A stretch of DNA of 64,000 nt. Source: Rhodoferax sp. GTDB taxonomy: Bacteria > Pseudomonadota > Gammaproteobacteria > Burkholderiales > Burkholderiaceae_C. The DNA is taken from contig JACKLL010000016.1 of assembly GCA_024235935.1 (NCBI GenBank), positions 9,436-73,435 on the forward strand, given 5' to 3'. Both the position numbers and the translations under genes were made by a program. Under the pieces are notes generated by a model that was not told the DNA's origin, searched no databases, and was given only the letters and a program-made list of their open reading frames with translations. Positions 1-9,529 of this stretch are shown here, piece after piece (the stretch's first letter is position 1; each line of letters begins with the position of its first letter).

Positions 1-1
1 C

Positions 2-580
2 GCCGGCCTGGATTTCACCGAGAAGGTGATCCCGCCGGACGACCCGGCGATGAAGGCCGAGATGCTGCTGCTGTCGGCCTCGATGCTGGTGCCGGCGCTG
101 CAGCACAACGGCATCAAGGTCTGGGACACCCTGGCGATTGCGGAATACCTCAACGAAATCAAGCCCCAGGCCAAGCTGCTGCCCGCCGACGCCAAGGCCC
201 GCGCCCATTGCCGCGCAGTCTGCGGCGAAATGCACTCCGGCTTTGCGTCGCTGCGCGCTGCCTTGCCGATGAACATCAAGGCCCGCTTTCCCGGCTTCAA
301 GGTCTGGTCGCGCGCGCAGACCGATATCGACCGGGTGCTGGCGATCTGGAGCGAGTGCCTGGCGAGCTACGGCGGCCCTTACCTGTTTGGCAAGCAACCC
401 ACCACCGCCGACGCCATGTATGCGCCCGTCGTCACCCGTCTGCTCACCTACGACGTCCCCGTCAACAGCACCATCGCCGCCTATTGCAAGCGCATCATGG
501 AACTGCCCGCCATGCAGGAATGGGTCGCCGCAGCCCAGGCGGAAGTCGACGAGATCGATGAGCTCGACGCCGAATTCTGA
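2..580 (+). CDS. Glutathione S-transferase family protein (5' end lies outside the window)
   Basis: Frame is open from base 2; GST motifs LVPAL..VWDTLAIAEYL, EMHSGF, ADAMYAPV. Confidence 0.85.
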   Translation, partial: AGLDFTEKVIPPDDPAMKAEMLLLSASMLVPALQHNGIKVWDTLAIAEYLNEIKPQAKLLPADAKARAHCRAVCGEMHSGFASLRAALPMNIKARFPGFKVWSRAQTDIDRVLAIWSECLASYGGPYLFGKQPTTADAMYAPVVTRLLTYDVPVNSTIAAYCKRIMELPAMQEWVAAAQAEVDEIDELDAEF

Positions 581-581
581 G

Positions 582-811
582 ACCTTGCGGGACAGACCGA
601 AGTTACACGCAGTGAACTTCGCTCTGTCCCCAACACTTCGTCGGATGTCCGGATGTTCACCTTGCGGGGCAGCCGCGGGCACACGCAGTGAACTTCGCTC
701 TGTCCCCAACACTTCGTCGGATGTCCGGATGTTCACCTTGCGGGACAGCCGCGGGCACACGCAGTGAACTTCGCTCTGTCCCCAACACTTCGTCGGGTGT
801 CCGGATGCTCA
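582..811. repeat. Tandem array of three ~76-bp units with a REP-like GGGACAG...CTGTCCC palindrome
   Basis: ACACGCAGTGAACTTCGCTCTGTCCCCAACACTTCGTCGG starts at 605, 681 and 757 (period 76); array fills the gap between two convergent genes. Confidence 0.95.
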
Positions 812-1246
812 GGCCGCGACGGCCGTCTTCCACGGCGTTGCCGCCGGCACCTCGCACACCGGATCCACATCCACCGACTTGAAATCCGCCGGCGACACGA
901 TTTCGAGGTACTCCATATCGGGCGAGTAGTCGAACAGGTAGTGGCGGATGCCGGGGCGCTGGTGTACGCAGTCGCCGGCCTGCACCAGGGTCTCTTTGTC
1001 TTCGTACATGAAGCGGGCCCAGCCCTTGATCATGATCACGATCTGGAAATCCGCCTCATGTCGGTGCCAGCCGGTGCCTTCCTCTGGTGCCATGTTCGCC
1101 CTGACCAGGTGCGCAATGACCTTGCCGTTCGTGGCCGCGGCCACGCCGAGGTCACGGTACAGAAAGAAATCGCGCAGTCCGCCGGATACATAGTCGGTAT
1201 CACCGGGCTTGACGTGGGAAAACTGGGTATCCGATGGTTCTGGCAT
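809..1246 (-). CDS. Cupin domain protein
   Basis: Cupin motifs GWHRHEADFQ and GDCVHQRPGIRH; GGAG RBS upstream. Confidence 0.85.
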   Translation of the reverse strand: MPEPSDTQFSHVKPGDTDYVSGGLRDFFLYRDLGVAAATNGKVIAHLVRANMAPEEGTGWHRHEADFQIVIMIKGWARFMYEDKETLVQAGDCVHQRPGIRHYLFDYSPDMEYLEIVSPADFKSVDVDPVCEVPAATPWKTAVAA

Positions 1247-1302
1247 GAGATCCTCCGTTCAGTGGCGGGGAGCGTGCGCCTGCAAAGTCCCCACGGCGTT
1301 CA

Positions 1303-1318
1303 TGCAGGAACCGTTCCA
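1303..1318 (-). promoter_or_regulatory. Putative sigma54 (-24/-12) promoter for the cupin gene
   Basis: Minus strand reads TGGAACGGTTCCTGCA (GG-N10-GC), about 57 bp upstream of the ATG; two mismatches to TGGCAC-N5-TTGCA. Confidence 0.4.
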
Positions 1319-1385
1319 GCCAGCGCGCACCATTTCCGATACCCGTGCCCTGGGCGCCGAACGGAGAGGCGGGTGCGCGGTCGGA

Positions 1386-2336
1386 TCAGGCCTTGGGCCT
1401 GGTGGCGACCGTCGCGTGTCCGCCAAAGCCCTTGCGCATCAGCGACAGCAGCTTGTTGCCGATGTCGGCCTTGCCCTGCGAGGAGAAGCGCGCCATCAGC
1501 GCGGCCGCAATCACCGGGACCGGTGTGCCCTGGCGGATCGATTCGTCGACGGTCCAGCGGCCTTCGCCGGAGTCGGCGACGACCGGGGCCACGGCGTCCA
1601 GGGCGCCCGGCTCCTGCAGCGCTGTCGTGGTCAGGTCGAGCAGCCATGAGCGCACCACGCTGCCATGGCGCCAGGTCTCGGCGATGGTGCCCAGGTCCGG
1701 CGTCAGGTCCGGTCGGCCCTGCATCAGCGCAAACCCCTCGGCAAAGGCCTGCATCATTCCGTATTCGATGCCGTTGTGGACCATCTTGGTGAAGTGTCCG
1801 GCCCCGCTCGGTCCGGCATGCACCCAGCCGCGGTCGGCTGCCGGTGCCAGGCATTGGAACAGTGGCCGTAGCGCGTCGATCGCCGCCGTTTCGCCGCCGG
1901 CCATCAGGCAATAGCCTTCCTTCAGGCCCCAGACGCCGCCCGACACGCCGCAGTCGACAAAATCGACGCCGCAGGCCTTCCAGTGCCGCGCACGCCGCTG
2001 CGAATCGAGGTAGTTGGCGTTGCCGCCGTCGACCAGCACGTCGCCGGGGGACAGCAACGACTCCAGCGCCGTCAGCGTCTGTTCGGTGATCTCGCCTGCG
2101 GGCAGCATCAGCCAGACCAGCCGGCGGCCGGTCTGCGCCAGCACGCTGGCCGCGAGCGTCGGCTGCAACAGCACGCCGGGCTCATCCGCCAGCGCCTGGC
2201 GCGCATCTTCGGACGGGTCGAAGCCACAGACGGTGATGGCGCCGCGCGCAAGCCGGCGTGCCATGTTGGCACCCATGCGTCCGAGACCGACGATGGTGAT
2301 GGCAGGGGAGGCGGAAGCAGCAGCAGGATTTGTCAT
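1386..2336 (-). CDS. gnd: 6-phosphogluconate dehydrogenase, decarboxylating (short YqeC-type)
   Basis: GLGRMG, VDGGNA, VSGGVWG, KMVHNGIEYG, SGEGRWT, FGGH motifs. Confidence 0.92.
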   Translation of the reverse strand: MTNPAAASASPAITIVGLGRMGANMARRLARGAITVCGFDPSEDARQALADEPGVLLQPTLAASVLAQTGRRLVWLMLPAGEITEQTLTALESLLSPGDVLVDGGNANYLDSQRRARHWKACGVDFVDCGVSGGVWGLKEGYCLMAGGETAAIDALRPLFQCLAPAADRGWVHAGPSGAGHFTKMVHNGIEYGMMQAFAEGFALMQGRPDLTPDLGTIAETWRHGSVVRSWLLDLTTTALQEPGALDAVAPVVADSGEGRWTVDESIRQGTPVPVIAAALMARFSSQGKADIGNKLLSLMRKGFGGHATVATRPKA

Positions 2337-2440
2337 GGTTGCAGGGTTTTTGGCCGCGCTGGCCGGTCAGCAACTGGCGCGGGATAGCGGGAAATGGGGA
2401 TCGAAATGGCCATGTTACTGCGCTGAGTCCCCGGACCCGG

Positions 2441-3688
2441 TCAGGCTGCGATCGGGCGTTGCGGGCGCACCGCAAAGAAAAACAGCATCGAGCCGCAGCC
2501 GGCGGTCAGTGCCAGCACGGTGAATCCGGTGCGGTAGTCGCCCGTCAGGTCCGCCAGCATGCCGGCAACCATGGGGCCGGCAATCTGGCCCAGCGCGATG
2601 ATCACCGACGACAGGCCCAGGATCATGCCGATCGCGTTGCGGCCGAAATAGTCGGCCCGTATCGACTGCATCAAGGGTCCGCGCAGACCCCAGGCGATGC
2701 CATGCAGGATCGCGAACGCCGCCACCTGCGCCGGGTGCGTGGCATAGGTCAGCAGCAGCATTCCCACCATATGGCCCAGCATGCAGATCGCCGCCAGCAT
2801 GCGCTTTTCGAACCGGTCGCCGATGGTGGCGCTCAGTCCCACGCCGATCACCTGCCCGAAGGTCAGCACCATGATGAAGAACGCGGCCTGTGTCACGGAA
2901 TAGCCCAGGCCCTCCTTCATGTGGGTGATGGCATGCACGTTGACCGCGGTGACCACCAGCAGTGCAAAACCGTGGCCCAGCGCGAGCAGCCAGAAGGCAC
3001 GGGTATGCAGCGCCTGGCGCGCCGTGAATTCGGCGCGCCCACCCGGGCGCGGGGTCGTGACGGCGCCGGAGACAGCCGCCGGCATGGCGGCGATGGGCAA
3101 GCCGTCGACGGTCCAGCCGTGGTCCTGTGGACGCCAGCGGATGACCCGGGCCAGCGGCAGGCCGAGCACGATGATGATGACACCCGAGCCGAAGGCGGTG
3201 GCGCGCCATCCATAGGTGGCCATGCACCAGGCCACGACCGGCACCATCACCCCACCGAGCGCCAGCCCCATGCTCATCGTCGACAGGGCGCGTGCCCGGT
3301 AGCGCTCGAACCACTGGATCAGTGCGACGGTCAGCGGAAAGTAACCGCCCAGACTGACACCGATGGCCATGGTCACGGCGCTGGCGTAGAACCCGCCCAG
3401 CGTCTGCACCTGGCTGAGCATCAGAAAACCGGCACCGAACACCAGCATGCCGACCTGCACCATGGCGCGCGGACCGAAGCGGTCCAGCAGCCAGCCCAGG
3501 GCGGGGCCGAGGATGGCGGTTTCGACCGACTGCAGCGCCGCCGCGCCCGACAGGGCGGTCTTGCTCCAGCCGCGTTGTTCGGACAGGATCGCCACGTAGG
3601 CGCCGAATGACTGCATCAGCAGGGCGGACTGCAGGAACTGCAGAATGCCTGCTGCGCCGGCCATGCGCCAGCCGTAGTAGATCTTCAC
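2441..3688 (-). CDS. MFS transporter
   Basis: About 12 hydrophobic segments; GWLLDRFGPR motif A and GDRFEKR repeat. Confidence 0.88.
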   Translation of the reverse strand: MKIYYGWRMAGAAGILQFLQSALLMQSFGAYVAILSEQRGWSKTALSGAAALQSVETAILGPALGWLLDRFGPRAMVQVGMLVFGAGFLMLSQVQTLGGFYASAVTMAIGVSLGGYFPLTVALIQWFERYRARALSTMSMGLALGGVMVPVVAWCMATYGWRATAFGSGVIIIVLGLPLARVIRWRPQDHGWTVDGLPIAAMPAAVSGAVTTPRPGGRAEFTARQALHTRAFWLLALGHGFALLVVTAVNVHAITHMKEGLGYSVTQAAFFIMVLTFGQVIGVGLSATIGDRFEKRMLAAICMLGHMVGMLLLTYATHPAQVAAFAILHGIAWGLRGPLMQSIRADYFGRNAIGMILGLSSVIIALGQIAGPMVAGMLADLTGDYRTGFTVLALTAGCGSMLFFFAVRPQRPIAA

Positions 3689-3714
3689 GCGGGGACTTGC
3701 GCTGCGTTTGCGGG

Positions 3715-4728
3715 TCAGGCCCGGGTGGTGGCGAAGCGTCCGGTCAGGGGATAGGCCGGATCGGTGAAGCCCGGGGTCGACGGATGGCCTGACGGGACCA
3801 GCGTGTCGACCAGGGCCTCATCCTCGGCGCTGAGCTGGAAATCGACCGCCGGCAGGTAGTCCTGCCACTGCGCCAGCGTGCGCGGCCCGGCGATCACCGC
3901 GCTCAGGGCGCCGTTGGCCAGCACCCAGGCGGTGGCGAACTGCGCCAGTGTCACGCCGCGCGATTGCGCGTGTCGGGCCAGGGTCTGGGCGATCACCAGC
4001 GATTCCTGGCGGAACTCGGTCTCGACCATGCGCTTGTCGGCGCGTCCGGCCCGGCTGGAGGGGTCCGGCGCGGCGCCCGGCTGGTACTTGCCGGTCAGCA
4101 CGCCGCGCGCGATCGGGCTGTACGAGGCCACGCCGATGCCGTAGTGGTGGCAGGCCGGCAGGATCTCGACCTCCGGCATGCGGTTGAGCAGGTTGTAGTA
4201 GGGCTGGCAGACCACCGGCGCCGGCACGCCGAGCTGGCCGGCCAGGCGGACGATTTCGGCAATGCGCCAGCCGCGGAAGTTCGACACGCCCCAGTAGCGG
4301 ATCTTGCCGGCCCGTACCATGTCGCCCATGGCGCGCAGCGCCTCCTCGAGGTCCATGCCCGGGATGTCACGGTGCATGTAGCAGATGTCGATGTAGTCGG
4401 TCTGCAGCCGGCCCAGGCTGGCATCGACTTCGCGCAGCATCCAGCTGCGCGAATAGCCGCCCTCGTTGACGCGCGCGGACATGGGGTTGCCCAGCTTGCT
4501 CGCCAGCACCCAGTCATGGCGCTGGTCCCGCAGCAGGCTGCCGACCATCTGTTCGGATGCGCCTTTGGTGTACACGTCCGCGGTATCGATGAAGTTGACG
4601 CCGTTGGCACGGGCATCGGCGACGATGCGCCCGGCTTCGTCCTGGGCCGTCTGGTCGCCGAACATCATGGCGCCCAGGCACAGGGTGGAGACTTTCAGAT
4701 TGCTTTTTCCGAGATTGCGGTATTGCAT
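3715..4728 (-). CDS. Aldo/keto reductase
   Basis: Start at MQYRNLGKSNLKVS; FIDTADVY, GKIRYWGVSN, YSPIARGVLTGKY. Confidence 0.92.
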   Translation of the reverse strand: MQYRNLGKSNLKVSTLCLGAMMFGDQTAQDEAGRIVADARANGVNFIDTADVYTKGASEQMVGSLLRDQRHDWVLASKLGNPMSARVNEGGYSRSWMLREVDASLGRLQTDYIDICYMHRDIPGMDLEEALRAMGDMVRAGKIRYWGVSNFRGWRIAEIVRLAGQLGVPAPVVCQPYYNLLNRMPEVEILPACHHYGIGVASYSPIARGVLTGKYQPGAAPDPSSRAGRADKRMVETEFRQESLVIAQTLARHAQSRGVTLAQFATAWVLANGALSAVIAGPRTLAQWQDYLPAVDFQLSAEDEALVDTLVPSGHPSTPGFTDPAYPLTGRFATTRA

Positions 4729-4876
4729 AGTGTGCGCTCGCGAGCGGTAGTCGGGGGAGACCCCGAGTGTTACAGAAATGCGCACGGCGGGTGGGCGGGC
4801 CTCTTGGAATTGGCGCTGTCATCCCCAAGTCCTAGAATGGCTCGGCATTTTCCAGCTACTGTTACAAGTCAATCGC

Positions 4877-6154
4877 ATGGTCCCACACCTCGTCACGGCG
4901 CTCACCGGCCCGATCAATGAACTGGAGCAGCGCGTGCTGGACTCGATGCCCGCCATCGAGCGCTGGTTCCGGCTCGAATGGATGGAGCACACGCCGCCGT
5001 TCTACAGTTCGGTCGATATCCGCAACGCAGGCTTCAAGCTCGCCCCGGTCGATACCAATCTGTACCCCAGCGGCTGGCAGAACCTGACCGCACCGATGAT
5101 GCCGCTGGCCGTGCAGGCGGCCATGGCGGCGATCGAGAAGATCTGCCCCGAGGCGCGCAACCTGCTCATCATTCCCGAGAACGCGACCAAGGACAGCTTC
5201 TACCTGGCCGGCGTGGCGCAGTTGCAGCGCATCTTTCACATGGCGGGCATGAACGTGCGCGTGGGCTCGATCAACCCGGAGATCAAGAAGGTCACGACCA
5301 TCGAACTGCCCAACGGGGAGAAGGTGCGTCTGGAGCCGGTGATCCGGACCAAGCGCCGGCTCGGCGTCAAGGATTTCGACCCCTGCACCATTTTGCTCAA
5401 CAACGACCTCAGTGCCGGCGTGCCCGGCATCCTGGAGGAGATCCACGAGCAGTACCTGTTGCCGCCCTTGCACGCCGGCTGGTTCACCCGCCGCAAGAGC
5501 CGCCATTCGCAGAGCTACGAAGAAGTGTCCAAGCGCTTTGGCAAGCTGCTGGGCGTAGACCCCTGGCTGATCAATCCGATGTTCAACAAATGCGGCGAGG
5601 TCGACCTGTCCAACGACGCCGGCATGGAGTGCCTGACGACCAATGTCGACGCCTTGCTGACCAAGATCCGGCGCAAGTACAAGGAATACGGCATCAACGA
5701 GAAGCCGTTCGTGGTCATCAAGGCCGACAACAGCAGCACCGGCTTCGGCATCACCACGGTGCGCGACGTCAAGGACCTGGCCCGGCTGCGCAGCACGTCC
5801 AAGTCCCGTTCCTCGGCGCCCCTGGAGGTGATCGTGCAGGAAGGCGTGCTCACCAACGAGCGCATGAACGATGCCATGGCCGAGCCGGTGGTCTACATGG
5901 TCGACCGTTACGTGGTCGGGGGCTTTTACCGTGTGCATGCGGGTCGGGGCAGCGACGAGAATCTCAATGCGCCGGGTTCCAGCTATGTGCCACTGGCATT
6001 TGCCGAGAGTACGCACTTACCTCAGCCTGGTGTGCGGGCCGGCGCCAGTGCACCGAACCGGTTCTACATGTACGGCGTGATCGGCCGGCTGGCGATGCTG
6101 GCGGCCAGTTACGAGCTCGAAGCCACCGACCCGGATGCCGAGGTCTACGACTGA
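4877..6154 (+). CDS. gshA: Glutamate--cysteine ligase (betaproteobacterial GshA type)
   Basis: MVPHLVTAL start; YSSVDIRNAGFKLAPVDTNLYP, VVGGFYRVH, ENLNAPG; gshB lies nearby. Confidence 0.92.
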   Translation: MVPHLVTALTGPINELEQRVLDSMPAIERWFRLEWMEHTPPFYSSVDIRNAGFKLAPVDTNLYPSGWQNLTAPMMPLAVQAAMAAIEKICPEARNLLIIPENATKDSFYLAGVAQLQRIFHMAGMNVRVGSINPEIKKVTTIELPNGEKVRLEPVIRTKRRLGVKDFDPCTILLNNDLSAGVPGILEEIHEQYLLPPLHAGWFTRRKSRHSQSYEEVSKRFGKLLGVDPWLINPMFNKCGEVDLSNDAGMECLTTNVDALLTKIRRKYKEYGINEKPFVVIKADNSSTGFGITTVRDVKDLARLRSTSKSRSSAPLEVIVQEGVLTNERMNDAMAEPVVYMVDRYVVGGFYRVHAGRGSDENLNAPGSSYVPLAFAESTHLPQPGVRAGASAPNRFYMYGVIGRLAMLAASYELEATDPDAEVYD

Positions 6155-6302
6155 GCCTGGGTCAGTTGTTGCGCCGCAACAAAGTTGCATGAATCTGGCG
6201 CTTTAGAGTCGACTATCCGCTGACGGCCTGCATGCGCAGGCGCACAATGGCGACCTTGATTTGACGCAAATCCGGCGCAGCACGAAGCGCCGGGCCCAAC
6301 TT

Positions 6303-8171
6303 TTGTCCACTTCCAAATCCTCTCTCGCCGCGCTGACGGTTGGCGCGGTCGGTGTCGTCTACGGCGACATCGGCACCAGTGTGTTGTATGCGATGAAGGA
6401 GGTGTTCAATTCCGGACACGTCCCGTTCACGCCCGAAAACGTCTACGGCATCCTGTCGATCTTCTTCTGGACGCTGACCACCATCGTGTCGGTCAAGTAC
6501 GTGGTGCTGGTGCTGCGTGCCGACAACAATGGCGAGGGCGGGCTGGTGGCCATGCTGGCGCTGGCGTCACAGGCCGTCAAGGGCAGCCCGCGCCTGCGCA
6601 GCGTGCTGCTGACGGTGGGCATCTTCGGCACGGCCCTGTTCTACGGTGACGGCGTGATCACGCCGGCGATCTCGGTGCTGTCGGCGGTCGAGGGTCTGGA
6701 AGTCGTGTCGCCGACCTTCAAGACCTACGTGATACCGCTGACACTGGTCATCCTGTTCGTGCTGTTTGCGGTGCAGAAGCGGGGCACCGGCGGCATCGGC
6801 AAATTCTTCGGCCCGATCACGCTGGTGTGGTTCGCCATCATCGCGGTGCTGGGTGTGATGCATATCTGGCACGACCCGGCCATCCTGTTCGCCGTCAGTC
6901 CGCACTACGCGCTCGGCTTCATCATCGACAACCCGCTGGTGACCTTCATCATCCTGGGCGCCGTCGTGCTGTGTGTCACCGGTGCCGAGGCGCTGTACGC
7001 CGACCTCGGCCACTTCGGCAAGAAGCCGATCCGCCTGGCCTGGTTCTCGGTCGTGATGCCGGCGCTGACGCTGAACTACTTCGGCCAGGGCGCCCTGTTG
7101 CTGCGTTATCCCGAGACGGTCAAGAACCCGTTCTTCCTGATGGCGCCCGACTGGGCCCTGATCCCGCTGGTGATCCTGGCCACGATGGCCACGGTGATCG
7201 CCTCGCAGGCCCTGATCACCGGCGCGTTCAGCGTGACCAAGCAGGTCATCCAGCTCGGCTACCTGCCGCGCCTGGATGTGCAGCACACCAGCGTACGCGA
7301 CACCGGCCAGATCTACATGCCGCTGGTCAACTGGGGCCTGTTCGCGACCATCGTGATGGCGGTCGTGCTGTTCCGCTCGTCGAGCAACCTGGCATCGGCC
7401 TACGGCATTGCCGTATGCACCGACATGCTGATCACGACCATCCTGACCTTCTACGTGATCCGCTACAAGTGGAACTACCCGCTGCTGCTGTGCATTGCCG
7501 CGACCAGCGTGTTCTTCGTCGTGGACTTCACCTTCTTCGCATCCAACCTGATGAAACTGTTCGAGGGTGGCTGGTTCCCGCTGGTCATCGGCGGCACGGT
7601 GTTCACGCTGATGGTCACATGGAAGGAGGGCCGGCGCCTGCTCAACGAAGCCCTGCGGGCCGACGCGATCGACCTGAAGGACTTCCTGGACGCCGTGTTC
7701 ATCAGTCCGCCGACCCGTGTCGACGGCACGGCCGTGTTCCTGACGGCCGATATCGGCACCGTCCCCAACGCGATGCTGCACAACCTCAAGCACAACAAGG
7801 TGCTGCACGAAAACAACCTGTTCGTGACGGTGCGGACCCATGAGGTGCCGTGGATCGGCCTGGACAAGCGCATCGAGATCGAGTCGCTGGGCCGCAACTG
7901 CTGGCAGGTCGTGATCAACTACGGATTCAAGAACGACCCGGACCTGCCCAAGGCCTTGCAGCAGATGCGCGGGCGCGGCTGCGAACTCGAGGTCATGACG
8001 ACCAGCTACTTCCTGTCCCGCGACACCGTGGTGCCCACCATCGGCAGCGGCATGGCGCAATGGCGCGAGAAGCTGTTCGCGCAGATGCACCGCAACGCCG
8101 GCGCCGCCGCCGACTTCCTGAACCTGCCCAGCAACGCCGTGGTCGAACTGGGCTCCAAGGTCGAGATCTGA
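6303..8171 (+). CDS. kup: KUP/HAK/KT potassium uptake protein (TTG start inferred; ORF open from 6261)
   Basis: [58 protein letters not shown]. Confidence 0.95.
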   Translation: MSTSKSSLAALTVGAVGVVYGDIGTSVLYAMKEVFNSGHVPFTPENVYGILSIFFWTLTTIVSVKYVVLVLRADNNGEGGLVAMLALASQAVKGSPRLRSVLLTVGIFGTALFYGDGVITPAISVLSAVEGLEVVSPTFKTYVIPLTLVILFVLFAVQKRGTGGIGKFFGPITLVWFAIIAVLGVMHIWHDPAILFAVSPHYALGFIIDNPLVTFIILGAVVLCVTGAEALYADLGHFGKKPIRLAWFSVVMPALTLNYFGQGALLLRYPETVKNPFFLMAPDWALIPLVILATMATVIASQALITGAFSVTKQVIQLGYLPRLDVQHTSVRDTGQIYMPLVNWGLFATIVMAVVLFRSSSNLASAYGIAVCTDMLITTILTFYVIRYKWNYPLLLCIAATSVFFVVDFTFFASNLMKLFEGGWFPLVIGGTVFTLMVTWKEGRRLLNEALRADAIDLKDFLDAVFISPPTRVDGTAVFLTADIGTVPNAMLHNLKHNKVLHENNLFVTVRTHEVPWIGLDKRIEIESLGRNCWQVVINYGFKNDPDLPKALQQMRGRGCELEVMTTSYFLSRDTVVPTIGSGMAQWREKLFAQMHRNAGAAADFLNLPSNAVVELGSKVEI

Positions 8172-8193
8172 GCCCTGGGCCCGGCGGCTCCGA

Positions 8194-9165
8194 TCAGGCG
8201 CCGCCCTTGCTCTGGGGGCGGGCGGGCGCACTGCGCACGCTGAGCCACATCGTCAACGCCAGCACACTGACCACGACGCCGAGCGAGACCATCACGGGGA
8301 TCTTGAAGACGTCGACCAGGCACATCTTGGTTCCGATGAAGACCAGCACGACCGCCAGGCCGTAGTTGAGCAGGTGGAACTTGCCAGCCACCGCGGCCAG
8401 CAGGAAGTACATGGCGCGCAGGCCCAGGATGGCGAACACATTGCTGGTGAGCACGATGAACGGGTCGCTGGTGATGGCGAAGATCGCAGGAATCGAGTCG
8501 ACGGCAAAGATCACGTCGGTCAGCGCAATCATGCAGATCACCATGAACAGCGGCGTGGCGATCCTGCGGCCGTTCTCCAGGGTCCAGAACTTCTCGCCGT
8601 CGTAGTCGCGGCTCACCGGCAGGACGCGGCGCAGCAGTTTCAGCGCCGGGTTTTCGTCCAGGTCCGGCTCCTGGCCGGCGGCCCACCACATCTTGACGCC
8701 GGTCAGGATCAGGAAGGCGCCGAACAGATACAGGATCCAGTGAAACTGCGCCAGCAGCCAGCCACCGACCAGGATCATGATGGTGCGCAGCACGATGGCA
8801 CCGATGATGCCGATCATCAGCACCCGCTTCTGGTACTGCGCCGGCACGGCGAAGTAGCTGAAGATCATCAGGAACACGAAGATGTTGTCGACCGCCAGCG
8901 ACTTCTCGATCAGATACCCGGTCAGAAACTCCAGCGAGGTGGTGTTGGCCTGCGCGATGGAGCCGGTCTCGTGGCGAACCGCCCACCACAGCAGACCGTT
9001 GAACAGAAAGCTCAGCGCAATCCAGACCAGTGACCAGTTGAGCGCCTCGCGGATGCCGATGGCGTGCGCGCCCTGCTTGCGCAGCACGACGAAATCCACG
9101 AACAGGGAGACCAGGACGATGGCGGCAAAGGTGGCCCAGAGCCACAGGGGGGCGACAGTCGGCAT
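8194..9165 (-). CDS. alx: TerC/Alx family membrane protein (putative Mn homeostasis)
   Basis: GYLIEKSLAVDNIFVF, DVIFAVDSIPAIFA, SNVFAILGLRAMYF; preceded by a yybP-ykoY leader. Confidence 0.88.
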   Translation of the reverse strand: MPTVAPLWLWATFAAIVLVSLFVDFVVLRKQGAHAIGIREALNWSLVWIALSFLFNGLLWWAVRHETGSIAQANTTSLEFLTGYLIEKSLAVDNIFVFLMIFSYFAVPAQYQKRVLMIGIIGAIVLRTIMILVGGWLLAQFHWILYLFGAFLILTGVKMWWAAGQEPDLDENPALKLLRRVLPVSRDYDGEKFWTLENGRRIATPLFMVICMIALTDVIFAVDSIPAIFAITSDPFIVLTSNVFAILGLRAMYFLLAAVAGKFHLLNYGLAVVLVFIGTKMCLVDVFKIPVMVSLGVVVSVLALTMWLSVRSAPARPQSKGGA

Positions 9166-9202
9166 GACAAGACCTTGAAAAGAAAAGTGGGCAACTTTTC
9201 CG

Positions 9203-9337
9203 AAGGTCTTGCGGGAGAGCGCCTTGCACCGGCGCCTCAGCATGTTCCGGCTGGCCTGGCGCACAGGGCGTCGGGCGCAACGGATTGACGAAACATGCAA
9301 CCTGTCGCCTGGCGGCGCCAGGGCTGCTACTCCCCTT
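9203..9337 (-). promoter_or_regulatory. yybP-ykoY (Mn2+-sensing) riboswitch
   Basis: Minus strand AAGGGGAGTAGC ... CGTCAATCC ... GCAAGACCTT, the hallmark segments of this class, ending 38 nt upstream of a TerC/Alx gene, its usual context. Confidence 0.85.
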
Positions 9338-9529
9338 GCGGATGGAATGAGTTTCGCACCTTGGCAGATTTCCCCGCAGCCAGTGGGCAAATGCAGGCCC
9401 GACCATCGTAGCGCAAGGCCCGTCTGCCCAGGCGCGGCGGATTCTCAAAGGGGCAGCAGCGGATTGACGGGCATGGCAGAACACACGGCGATTGACATCA
9501 GCCGGCGGGACATTCGCCCTGAGCGCGCG

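Noticed and set aside
582-811. CRISPR array or type III toxin-antitoxin RNA array
   Set aside because: Units are almost identical end to end with no unique spacers; there are no cas genes, and no toxin gene lies downstream because both flanking genes point into the array.
387-1792. ORFs 387-767, 481-684, 657-857, 688-882 and 764-1792
   Set aside because: They are translations of the tandem repeat or antisense shadows of the cupin and gnd genes, with no protein motifs.
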